A stretch of DNA of 64,000 bases, from the NCBI GenBank assembly GCA_041615815.1, contig JBFJCP010000003.1:32001-96000 (forward strand), read 5' to 3'. A model generated the notes under the pieces. It ran no database searches, was not told the DNA's origin, and was given only the letters and a program-made list of their open reading frames with translations. The number at the start of each line of letters is the position of its first letter. Position 1 is the stretch's first letter. Of this stretch, positions 18,008-26,809 are shown in pieces. Source of the DNA: Gemmatimonadales bacterium (GTDB lineage Bacteria > Gemmatimonadota > Gemmatimonadetes > Gemmatimonadales > GWC2-71-9). Both the position numbers and the translations under genes were made by a program.

Positions 18008-19265
18008 TGTCCTCGATGAGGTCGTCCGTGTGGGCCGCGGATACGAAGCACGCCTCGAATGGTGAAGGCGGAAGAAACACACCGTGCCGACGGGCGGCCC
18101 GATGAAAGCTCGTGAACCGCTTGGAGTCAGCAGCTTTGGCCTCCTCGAACGTGGATACGGGACCCTTCTGAAAGTAGAACCCCCACATCGCCCCGGCGTG
18201 CCCCACCGTCAGCGGTGCCCCGAGCGACTCGGCGGCCGTGGCTAGACCCTTGACCAGCGTCCGCGTCCGGTGCTCCAACACTTCATGGACGGGGTGCTCA
18301 TGAAGATGGCGCAGCGTGGCGAGCCCAGCGCTCATGGCCAGTGGATTGCCCGAGAGCGTGCCGCCTTGATAGACGGCACCGGCGGGGGCGACCATCTCCA
18401 TCAACTCGCGGCTGCCCCCATACGCGCCAACCGGTAATCCACCACCGATCACTTTGCCCAGCGTGGTCAGGTCGGGTCTGACCCCGGTGAGTCCCTGCGC
18501 CCCCTGCGGATGGACCCGAAACCCCGTCATCACCTCGTCGAAGATCAAAACCGCACCCCACGCTTTGGTGATCTCTCTGAGGCCTTCGAGGAATCCGGGA
18601 GTGGGCGGAATGAAGCCGGCGTTTCCGAGAAAGGGTTCGACGATCACCGCCGCAATGCGGTCGCCGAATTGGGTGAAGAGCGTCTCAACCCCACCAATGT
18701 CATTGAACGTCGCGGACAGGGTCAGCCTGGCCAGGCTCGTGGGGACGCCGGGGCTGTTGGGCAATCCCAGGGTCGCCACACCGCTTCCCGCCGAAACGAG
18801 GAAGCTGTCCGCATGGCCATGGTATGCACCGTCGAACTTGATGATGAGGTCTCGTCCGGTAGCGGCACGAGCCAGCCGGACCGCGGCCATGGTGGCCTCC
18901 GTGCCGCTGTTGACGAACCGAATCATCTCGATGGAGGGCATGATCTCGACCACGAGTTCGGCGAGCTCGATCTCGGCCGGACACGTGATCCCGTAGGAGA
19001 CGCCACGCGCCAGCGCTTCGGCAATGGCATTGTGGATGGTGGGATGGTCGTGACCGAGCAGCAACGCGCCCCAGGACATGACGTAATCGATGAGACGCTC
19101 CCCAGCCGTCGTCACCAAGTGGGCCCCATGCGCCTCTCGTACGAAGAACGGGTCGCCGCCCACGGCGCGAAACGCCCGCACCGGTGAGTTGACGCCGCCC
19201 GGCAACACCGCCAGCGCGCGGCTGTAGAGACCGGTGGCGTCCGTTACCGGACTGGCGTCGCCCAA
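17961..19265 (-). CDS. hemL: Glutamate-1-semialdehyde 2,1-aminomutase
   Basis: PGGVNSPVRAF, NSGTEATM, YHGHAD, FDEVMTGFR, LGKVIGGGLPVGAYGG, GTLSGNPLA. The nearest start upstream of the conserved N-terminus is TTG 19265. Confidence 0.96.
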   Translation of the reverse strand: MGDASPVTDATGLYSRALAVLPGGVNSPVRAFRAVGGDPFFVREAHGAHLVTTAGERLIDYVMSWGALLLGHDHPTIHNAIAEALARGVSYGITCPAEIELAELVVEIMPSIEMIRFVNSGTEATMAAVRLARAATGRDLIIKFDGAYHGHADSFLVSAGSGVATLGLPNSPGVPTSLARLTLSATFNDIGGVETLFTQFGDRIAAVIVEPFLGNAGFIPPTPGFLEGLREITKAWGAVLIFDEVMTGFRVHPQGAQGLTGVRPDLTTLGKVIGGGLPVGAYGGSRELMEMVAPAGAVYQGGTLSGNPLAMSAGLATLRHLHEHPVHEVLEHRTRTLVKGLATAAESLGAPLTVGHAGAMWGFYFQKGPVSTFEEAKAADSKRFTSFHRAARRHGVFLPPSPFEACFVSAAHTDDLIEDSVDKLAKALAESGRS

Positions 19266-20560
19266 AAGTCGTAGTCGTGGTTGCTGTCGACGCGCACGGA
19301 GAGGAGCTCGCCGGGACGGGCCCATCCGCCCGCGGTGACGAACGTCACCCCGTCCACATCGTCCGCCTGCCACGGCACCCGACCCACATGGGTGGCGCCC
19401 TGATCGGCCGGTTCGGCCAGCCCGTCGACCAGGAGGTCGATCTCACGCCCCACGAATCGACCCAGCCGCTCTTCCGAGATGGCTCGCCCAATTTCCGTGA
19501 GCTCGTCTTGGCGCTCGCGCTTCACCTCCGCCGGCACGTCGTCGGGGTAGACGTCTGCACGGGTTCCCTCTTGCGGCGAGTAGGTGAAGACGCCCAGCCG
19601 CTCGAACGCCATCTCTTCTACGAACTCGCACAGCGTCCGAAAATCAGCATCGGTCTCGCCTGGGAAGCCAACGATGACGGTGGTGCGGATCGCAAGGTCC
19701 GGAATCGTCTCGCGGAGCCAGGCCACCTTCTGCCGAATCGTGGCACGCCGCTCTGGGCGGCGCATCCGGTGCAGCATGACATCCGAGGCGTGTTGGATGG
19801 GGATGTCCAGATACGGCACGATCCGACGGTGCGAGGCGATCAAATCGACGAGCCGATCCGAGAGCCCGGCGGAGTAGACGTACAGAAGCCGGAACCATGG
19901 CACCGACGTCTCCTCAAGCAGCGATTCGAGCAGATCCGGGAGTTTCGGACCGGCACGCCCCAGATCTCGGCCGTAGTGTCCCAGATCCTGAGCCACCAGG
20001 TTGATCTCTTTGGCACCTTGGGCTTCGAGCAGCTGCGCTTCCCGAATCAGGCGGGTCAACGGTTCGGAGCGGTGCTTCCCCCGCATCAGGGGAATGGCGC
20101 AGAAGGCGCAGGTGTGATCGCATCCTTCGGAGATCTTGAGGTAGCGGACGTGAGCCCCCTCGCCAAAGAACGCACGCATGCCGGGATGCTGTGCCACGGG
20201 GTCACGGATAAGACCACGCTCCGCCAGGGCGGGCACCAACTTATGAAGATCGCCAAAGCCCAGAAACAGGTCCACTTCGGGGATCTCCTTGGACAGCTCC
20301 TCGCGGTAGCGTTGCACCAGACAGCCCACCGCCGCAACGGCCTTGACCTGTCCGGCGCTCTTCAGCGCGGCTGCCCCGAGCATCGCTTCGATCGACTCCT
20401 GCTTGGCGGCGTCGATGAATCCACACGTATTCACCAGAATGACGTCTGCCGTCGCGAGATCAGGAACGATGTGGGCTCCATGCCCCACGAGCTCGCCCAC
20501 CAGGCGTTCCGAGTCGACGGTAGCTTTGTCGCAACCGAGAGAAATGATGCCGAGCTTCAC
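19244..20560 (-). CDS. rimO: Ribosomal protein S12 methylthiotransferase
   Basis: SLGCDKA.VDSE, NTCGFIDAAKQES, GCLVQRY, radical-SAM CDHTCAFC, IVGFPGET, TRAM-like tail with DDVDG. Confidence 0.95.
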   Translation of the reverse strand: MKLGIISLGCDKATVDSERLVGELVGHGAHIVPDLATADVILVNTCGFIDAAKQESIEAMLGAAALKSAGQVKAVAAVGCLVQRYREELSKEIPEVDLFLGFGDLHKLVPALAERGLIRDPVAQHPGMRAFFGEGAHVRYLKISEGCDHTCAFCAIPLMRGKHRSEPLTRLIREAQLLEAQGAKEINLVAQDLGHYGRDLGRAGPKLPDLLESLLEETSVPWFRLLYVYSAGLSDRLVDLIASHRRIVPYLDIPIQHASDVMLHRMRRPERRATIRQKVAWLRETIPDLAIRTTVIVGFPGETDADFRTLCEFVEEMAFERLGVFTYSPQEGTRADVYPDDVPAEVKRERQDELTEIGRAISEERLGRFVGREIDLLVDGLAEPADQGATHVGRVPWQADDVDGVTFVTAGGWARPGELLSVRVDSNHDYDFWATPVR

Positions 20561-20619
20561 AATGGCGGAATATAGAGGGGGGACACCGGGAGCGGGGGCG
20601 GTGGGGCTTCCGGGGCAAC

Positions 20620-20649
20620 AAAAAAAAGGCCCCGGCCTCTGCCGGTGCC
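20620..20649 (-). terminator. Intrinsic terminator downstream of the sigma factor gene
   Basis: Minus strand GGCACCGG-CAGAGG-CCGGGGCC followed by T8. Confidence 0.75.
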
Positions 20650-20707
20650 ACGGGTAGACGCTTCGCTGCTCCTTACCGTGTCCCGCTCCCCACTCCCTAC
20701 TCCGGGT

Positions 20708-21562
20708 TCACGTGAGGAAACTCTCCAAGGCCCGGGCGCGACTCGCGTGGCGAAGTCGGGCCAACGCCTTCTCTTTGATCTGGCGGACGCGCTCTCGCGT
20801 GATCCCCATCATGCTCCCAATCTCCTCGAGCGTCATCGGGTCCTGTCCGTCGAGCCCGAAATACAGACGCAGGATTCTCGCCTCGCGCTCCTTGAGCGTG
20901 CCGAGGACCTCCTCCACGGATTCACTGAGCGCCCGCTCGAAGGTCTCGTCATCCGGCCCAGGATTCTGCGTGTCGGGCAGGTAGTCCAGCAGCTTGTTGT
21001 CTTCGCCCGGTGTCAGGGGTGCATCGAGGGAGAGGTGGCTCTGCGAGATCGAGAGGGTTTTGGCCACCTCGTCTTCTGAGATGTCCATACCTTCGGCGAT
21101 TTCTTCGACGGTCGGCTCGCGTCCCAGTTCTTGCTGAAGCGCGGAGGAACGCTTCCCGATCCGATGCAGCGTGCCCGCGCGGTTCAGCGGCACGCGAACG
21201 ATCCGACTCTGTTCGGCGAGCGCCTGGAGAATGGCCTGCCGGATCCACCAGACCGCGTATGAGATGAACTTGATACCTTTGGTTTCGTCGAACTTGTGGG
21301 CGGCGCGGATGAGGCCGAGGTTTCCCTCGTTGATGAGATCGGAGAGGCTCACACCTTGGTTTTGGTACTTCTTCGCCACGGACACCACGAAGCGGAGGTT
21401 GCTCCGGACGAGCTTGTCGAGCGACTCCTGACACCCCTGTTTGATCAGCTTGGCGAGATCAACCTCGTCCTCGCGCGTGATCAGGGGATACTGACTGATC
21501 TCCCTCAGATACTGGTCGAGCGATCCCTCATCGACCGACGTTCTCTTGGTTGGCGTTTGCAT
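20708..21562 (-). CDS. sigma70 factor, RpoD/SigA family, short form without region 1.1
   Basis: SLDQYLREI, NLRFVVSVAKKY, DLINEGNLGL, KFISYAVWWIRQ, SRIVRVP, TLEEIG...TRERVRQI; 284 aa. Confidence 0.95.
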   Translation of the reverse strand: MQTPTKRTSVDEGSLDQYLREISQYPLITREDEVDLAKLIKQGCQESLDKLVRSNLRFVVSVAKKYQNQGVSLSDLINEGNLGLIRAAHKFDETKGIKFISYAVWWIRQAILQALAEQSRIVRVPLNRAGTLHRIGKRSSALQQELGREPTVEEIAEGMDISEDEVAKTLSISQSHLSLDAPLTPGEDNKLLDYLPDTQNPGPDDETFERALSESVEEVLGTLKEREARILRLYFGLDGQDPMTLEEIGSMMGITRERVRQIKEKALARLRHASRARALESFLT

Positions 21563-21695
21563 CCAGTTGCATTCCTCCACCGAGACTGGTCGGGCAACGC
21601 TCCCCTCGGCGCGTTTGCCGGCACTGCTCGAGAGACCCACTTCAACCGATCAACACGAACGCCTGTGTACCGAGGAATCCAGGTCGATCTTTACG

Positions 21696-21947
21696 TTAGC
21701 GAGGCCCTACCAAGGGCGCAACTGTGATCGACCAGCCTCTGCCAGACGCCCAGGGCTTGAGCAGCGCTACGAGGTCCGCCGTCGAACACGCATGTTCCAA
21801 CGTGGCTGCCACACACGACGCACGTTCACCTCGAGCCACCTCCACGCGCACGACCCGTGCGTGTGGCAGATCCCGGAGCGCTTGGAGATCGAGCTGTGCG
21901 CCGCCCGTACTCAAGATCACCGCCACGGATGCAAACCGTTCTCGCAT
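21696..21947 (-). CDS. Small hypothetical protein (83 aa)
   Basis: Fills the gap between the ntrX-like gene and the sigma gene, is co-oriented, and has a TACCGT box 6 nt before its ATG. Confidence 0.5.
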   Translation of the reverse strand: MRERFASVAVILSTGGAQLDLQALRDLPHARVVRVEVARGERASCVAATLEHACSTADLVALLKPWASGRGWSITVAPLVGPR

Positions 21948-22109
21948 AGCGACACGGTAATCCCACCACCGCCCTCCCCCCATCCCATCCCATCGCACGG
22001 ACGATCAAATCCTCGCTGACCTCAGAGGACCGCCCGGCAGCCCGACCCTGCGTTCGCTCGCACCCAACCCTCGCGTCTCTCCTCCCCTCACCCCTGACTG
22101 CCCACACCG

Positions 22110-23465
22110 TCAGGTCCGCTCGAGTCCGTATTTCTCGATCTTTTTGTAGAGGTTACTCCGGGGCATGGAGAGTTTTCGAGCCGTCTCGCTGACGTTCCAC
22201 TCGTTTTCCTGCAATTTGGCCTGGAGAAACGCACGTTCGGCGGCCTGTTTGAAGGATTCGAAGGTCTCACAGTTAATGAGATCGCCTACCGCGGATTCTC
22301 CGCGAGCCCCGGTCAGACGCTCCACGTCCTCCGCCCTTACCGCATCGTCCCCCGAGAGGATCAACAGACGCTCCACCGTGTTACGGAGCTCCCGCACATT
22401 GCCCGGCCACTCCCGCTGTCCCAAGGCCTCGAGCGCACCGTCGTCGACTTTCTTGGGTTTCATCCCTCCGGCAGCAGCAAGGTCGTTGACGAATCGCTGT
22501 ACTAGCAACGGAATATCCTCGCGACGGCTTCGCAGGGGAGGCACGTCGATGGGTACGACATTCAAGCGATAGAACAGGTCCTCCCGGAAGCGGCCGGCCT
22601 CAATCTCCCCTTTCAGCTCCTTATTCGTGGCGGCGATCACGCGGACGTCTACCGTCACGGATTTCGCAGCGCCGATACGGGTAACTTCGCCTTCTTCGAG
22701 CGCCCTCAGGACTTTGGCCTGGGCAGCCAGACTCATATCCCCAACCTCATCGAGGAAGAGCGTTCCACCGTCCGCCTGCTCGAACTTGCCTGATCGGTCG
22801 GCAAAGGCACCGGTGAACGACCCCTTCATGTGACCGAACAGCTCGCTTTCGATCAATTCACCTGGTATGGCGGCGCAATTGACCTCTACAAAGGCCTTGT
22901 CAGCGCGCGGCGACTGTCGATGAACGGCACGCGCAACCAGCTCTTTCCCACTGCCGTTCTCCCCGGTGATCAGGACCCGTGCGGGCGTCGGAGCAACCTT
23001 GTTGATGACCTCGATGAGCTTCCGAATCACGCGACTCTTACCCACGATCTCGTATCGATCGCCAACGACCGACTTGAGCCGCTGGTTCTCGGATTCGAGT
23101 TCCACCTGCGCAAACACGTTCCGCAGCGTCACCAGAACGCGGTCCGTATCCAACGGCTTCTCGAGGAAATCGTACGCGCCGAGCTGGGTAGCCTCCACCG
23201 CGGTCTGAATGGTCCCATGTCCAGAGATCATTACGACCTGGGCCTGGGGATCCATCTCTCGCAATTTCCCAAGGGCTTCGAGCCCGTCCATCCCGGCCAT
23301 CTTGACGTCGAGGAACACCAAGTGGGGATGGAAATCCCCATACACTTTGAGCGCTTCGTTCCCGGAATCCACCGTTTGCACGTCGATGCCTTCGTACTCC
23401 AGCAGTTGGTGCATCGCGTCGCGCACACCCTTTTCGTCGTCTACCACCAACACACGCCTGCCCAT
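22110..23465 (-). CDS. sigma54-dependent response regulator, NtrX/NtrC-like (REC-AAA-Fis)
   Basis: VLVVDDE, FLDVKM, MISGHG, GENGSGKE, ESELFGH.KGSFTGA, LFLDEVGD, FREDLFYRLNV, WPGNVREL, Fis HTH. Confidence 0.94.
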   Translation of the reverse strand: MGRRVLVVDDEKGVRDAMHQLLEYEGIDVQTVDSGNEALKVYGDFHPHLVFLDVKMAGMDGLEALGKLREMDPQAQVVMISGHGTIQTAVEATQLGAYDFLEKPLDTDRVLVTLRNVFAQVELESENQRLKSVVGDRYEIVGKSRVIRKLIEVINKVAPTPARVLITGENGSGKELVARAVHRQSPRADKAFVEVNCAAIPGELIESELFGHMKGSFTGAFADRSGKFEQADGGTLFLDEVGDMSLAAQAKVLRALEEGEVTRIGAAKSVTVDVRVIAATNKELKGEIEAGRFREDLFYRLNVVPIDVPPLRSRREDIPLLVQRFVNDLAAAGGMKPKKVDDGALEALGQREWPGNVRELRNTVERLLILSGDDAVRAEDVERLTGARGESAVGDLINCETFESFKQAAERAFLQAKLQENEWNVSETARKLSMPRSNLYKKIEKYGLERT

Positions 23466-24142
23466 CACGGCACCCATCGGTAAAAAGTGACACCGTCAGG
23501 TCGAACCCGCACGTCGCCAACCGTTCGGGGGACGGCAATGTGAAACGCGCCGTCCGATCCGCCTGTCATCGAGTTGATCAATCCGGGGATCGCCACTTCC
23601 GGCAGCGGGAAGTTGCGAAGCGAGAGCTCATCGGGTCGCCAAGCGACCACCCCGGCTTGTTGCACCGTGACCGGACCGGTGGCGCGCAACGGTTCCCGAT
23701 CCGCCAGCAACCCCCCAAACGGACCCAGTGAACCCGCGACCCGCTCGGCGAGTACCTGGGCCTCCACCGTCAAGCGGTTGTCACCCAGCGACACCCGGAG
23801 GGAATCCAGGGACGATCGGGCACGCTCGTCCAACCGAGCATGAATGAGGGACGCCATTTCATTCGCCATGAGCGTCACGTACGGCGGTCCATCGCGCCGG
23901 GCGATGGCAGCTTCCTTGCGCTCCGCCGCTCGCAGCGCGGTCGTCGATGGAATGCCCGCGGCAGGAGCGGGGTCTCCACCCGAGCGCAGCTTGGCGAGTC
24001 GGCTCTGCACGTGCGTGTGGTAAAACCCGAGCATCTCACCCCGATACTGCCACGCGAGACCCGCCGACACGAGCAGAATGATCAGACACCCCACGAGGGC
24101 GACCAGCCGCTGCATACAGCTGCCAATCATTCGGCCGATCAT
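23465..24142 (-). CDS. Hypothetical membrane-anchored protein
   Basis: N-terminal TM (LVALVGCLIILLVSAGLAW); overlaps both neighbours (ATGA and TGATG). Confidence 0.7.
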   Translation of the reverse strand: MIGRMIGSCMQRLVALVGCLIILLVSAGLAWQYRGEMLGFYHTHVQSRLAKLRSGGDPAPAAGIPSTTALRAAERKEAAIARRDGPPYVTLMANEMASLIHARLDERARSSLDSLRVSLGDNRLTVEAQVLAERVAGSLGPFGGLLADREPLRATGPVTVQQAGVVAWRPDELSLRNFPLPEVAIPGLINSMTGGSDGAFHIAVPRTVGDVRVRPDGVTFYRWVP

Positions 24143-24699
24143 TCCACCAACTCCGCGCGGCATCGAACCGTGTACTTGGCACCGTCACGACGGAGCTCGC
24201 TCTCCATGAGATCGACGGTCCGGACCGAGACTTGGTCATCGAACTCCAGCTTCTCCAAGGCGACATCCAGCCCTTCCAGGGCACGGGCATGCGCATCACG
24301 CCGGGCGCGTCCGAGGGTCACGTGCGGCCGAAACGGGCGTCCTTCCAGAGGAAACCCCAACTGCTCCATCTCGAGCTCGAGTCGATGTTGGAGCAGCTCC
24401 AACGTCGGCACACCCTCGCAACCGACCCAGACGACGCGCGGACGGTGCACCGAGGGGAAGGCACCGAAACCGCTCACGGGCAACAGAAACGGCTTGGCTC
24501 CCCGGCATGCCGATCGCAGACCACTGGTGATCTCGGGCTCCTGAGCCGCCGCAACATCACCCAAGAATTTGAGCGTGAGATGCAGACCATCTGGACGGAC
24601 CCACCGAAAGGGCAACGCCGACTCCCGAAGCGGCGCCGTGGCTGCCCACACGCCCTCACGAATCTCGCGGGGGAAGTTGATCGCGATGAAGGCGCGCAT
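24139..24699 (-). CDS. thpR: RNA 2',3'-cyclic phosphodiesterase (2H family)
   Basis: MRAFIA, two HxT motifs (LHLTLKFLG, FRPHVTLGR), PRVVWVG. Confidence 0.93.
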   Translation of the reverse strand: MRAFIAINFPREIREGVWAATAPLRESALPFRWVRPDGLHLTLKFLGDVAAAQEPEITSGLRSACRGAKPFLLPVSGFGAFPSVHRPRVVWVGCEGVPTLELLQHRLELEMEQLGFPLEGRPFRPHVTLGRARRDAHARALEGLDVALEKLEFDDQVSVRTVDLMESELRRDGAKYTVRCRAELVE

Positions 24700-24701
24700 G
24701 C

Positions 24702-25532
24702 CTAGCGGCGCTCGGCCAGCAGCTCGAGACCTGCCTCACGCCTCCGCCGCAAGAGACTCCCGCGGCGATACCCGTCCAGATCCAATGTGACCCGGCGAAA
24801 GCCGATGCCCAACATCGCCTGACCGATGGCCCAGCGGTGCTGTCGAATTCGGGCAAACTCCGTCGGGGGCGCTTCGATCCGTGCTTCATCACCGCGGTGC
24901 CGGACCCGCAGGTCGCCCACCACACCCAGCGAGCGCAAGAGCGCTTCACTTTGCTCGATCTGCTCCAACCGCTCGGGCGTCACCTCGAGACCGTAGAGCA
25001 CGCGGCTCGAGAGACAGGGTGCCGCCGGCGCGTCCCATACCGGGATCGCGAGCGCCCGTGCCTCCGCGCGTACGTCCGACTTCGTGTAACCCGCCTCGGC
25101 GAGCGGCGAGCGGACGGCTCGCTCCGCGGCGGCGGCGAGCCCGGGTCGATGCTCGCCGAGATCATCGGCGTTGGTCCCATCGGCCACAACCGCAATGCCC
25201 CGATCGCGCGCCACCTGCCCGAGTCGATCCCAGAGCTCGCGCTTACAGAAATAGCAGCGATTCGTGGGGTTGGCGACGTAATTTGGATCCGACAGCTCCC
25301 GAGTTTCGACTTCCACCAGCGTCAGATCGAACCGTCGGGCAACGGCCCGAGCCCGGTCTCGCTGCTGCCTCGGGAGGGAATCACTCAGCCCCATCCCCGC
25401 GACCGCCCGATTCCGGCCCAACACGCGGCGCGCCACCACGGCTAACAATGCCGAGTCGACACCACCAGAATACCCAATCAGGACCGAGGGATACGTGGCA
25501 ATTAGTGCGGCGAGCTTCGAAGGGCGCGGCAT
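24702..25532 (-). CDS. larE: LarE-family ATP-dependent sulfur transferase
   Basis: PP-loop YSGGVDS, NRCYFCK, DGTNADD...RPG, PCLSSR, RVRH, LDGYRRGSL. Confidence 0.88.
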   Translation of the reverse strand: MPRPSKLAALIATYPSVLIGYSGGVDSALLAVVARRVLGRNRAVAGMGLSDSLPRQQRDRARAVARRFDLTLVEVETRELSDPNYVANPTNRCYFCKRELWDRLGQVARDRGIAVVADGTNADDLGEHRPGLAAAAERAVRSPLAEAGYTKSDVRAEARALAIPVWDAPAAPCLSSRVLYGLEVTPERLEQIEQSEALLRSLGVVGDLRVRHRGDEARIEAPPTEFARIRQHRWAIGQAMLGIGFRRVTLDLDGYRRGSLLRRRREAGLELLAERR

Positions 25533-25634
25533 CGCCAATTAATAACAGGTCGGCCGAACGATGGGCAGATGGCCAACGCAAAGGGCCGGCCCCCCCACGG
25601 CCGGCCCAGGCGCACGACGACGACGACCGACTCG

Positions 25635-26537
25635 TCACCCCGTGCGAGTCCAGATCGCAATCACTCCACACCCCACATCCGCATTGATGTATTCACCCGG
25701 CACCTCGAACTCCCCGTAGATCTCGATCAATTCAATGTCGTGTGGGAAAACGATGTCGTCCAACAGGGTCCCGGGCACGATCTGGAAGCGAATCCCGTCG
25801 AGATAGAGATTGGGCACGCAGCGTCGGGTGCCCCGTCCCATCAACACTTGAATCCCGGGGCGACGCTGGACCCAAGGACATGTCGACCCAGCCGTGGCGA
25901 TGCTCTGGTCCGACCCCACCGTCGTCGGATTCTGGGAACTCCCGCCCACGTCCGGGGCAGCGCCAAATAGCGCCTCGTCGAGACAGTCCCCCATGTTCAC
26001 CCAGTTGAGCGACACTTTCCTGGACCGAGAGAGCGCTGCGCTCGTATCCAGGGGCCGCATTTCGTCCAGGTCGGCCCGGGTGATGAAATCGCCCGATCCG
26101 TGCTGCATGCGCTCGAAGATCTCGCCGACTCGGTTCGGGGGGAGCCGCGGGGCCTGGATCGTCAGCGCCTCGAGGGCGAACGCGCCAGGCTGGATGGGCA
26201 CTTCGACCTCGTAGAGCTTGGTCGCGGCCAGATGCACGATCGCCTCGAACGGCTGGAACCCCACGGCGCGTACACCCAGTCGATACTCCCCGAGCGGCAC
26301 GCCGGTCACGAGGAAATGGCCGTTGACGTCGGTGACGCCCACCTCCGCTGAATCGAGGAAGATCCGCGCTCCGAGGACCGGTGCGCCCCGATCCTGATCC
26401 GTGATCACACCGCGAAGCAGGGCAGTCTCTTGAGCCCGGAGCGGACCGGTAGGCATCGTCGTTGTGATGGCGAGGAGCGCGCCGCAGGCGGCGCCCCACA
26501 TCCGACACCTGGCGATGAAAACCAGTGTGTGGCGCAT
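25635..26537 (-). CDS. Exported CarboxypepD_reg-like + TonB-plug-like protein with no beta-barrel
   Basis: Signal peptide, LRGVITD...PVLGA.I...TDVNGHF...VRAVGF, then plug-like FITRADL, LYLDG, DIELIEIY, CGVIAIWTR at the C-terminus. Confidence 0.7.
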   Translation of the reverse strand: MRHTLVFIARCRMWGAACGALLAITTTMPTGPLRAQETALLRGVITDQDRGAPVLGARIFLDSAEVGVTDVNGHFLVTGVPLGEYRLGVRAVGFQPFEAIVHLAATKLYEVEVPIQPGAFALEALTIQAPRLPPNRVGEIFERMQHGSGDFITRADLDEMRPLDTSAALSRSRKVSLNWVNMGDCLDEALFGAAPDVGGSSQNPTTVGSDQSIATAGSTCPWVQRRPGIQVLMGRGTRRCVPNLYLDGIRFQIVPGTLLDDIVFPHDIELIEIYGEFEVPGEYINADVGCGVIAIWTRTG

Positions 26538-26809
26538 GGGTGCCCTCCGACAGTCAACCGCCTCGCACCCGGCGCCACGGCGGGCGCGGGGAGGGGCGAG
26601 AGGATTACGGAACCGCAGATCTCGAGCGGAAGCCGACCGACATCACCACACTTCAAGGCCGATGCCAGAGGGGAGCCTCCGCTGCCTGACTAAAGTTAAG
26701 GCACCCCGTTCGCTTCGAAAAGTTTCCCAATTCCGGTGTCTGGTTGCTTCTTCCGCACCCGGCGGCACATTTTTGGCTAATAGGCTCTACGATGACTCGA
26801 GAGCGAACC

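Noticed and set aside
19244..19265. Possible missing or non-canonical start for hemL (GTA at the rimO stop)
   Set aside because: An in-frame TTG at 19265 gives a normal-length protein, so no recoding or pseudogene needs to be invoked.
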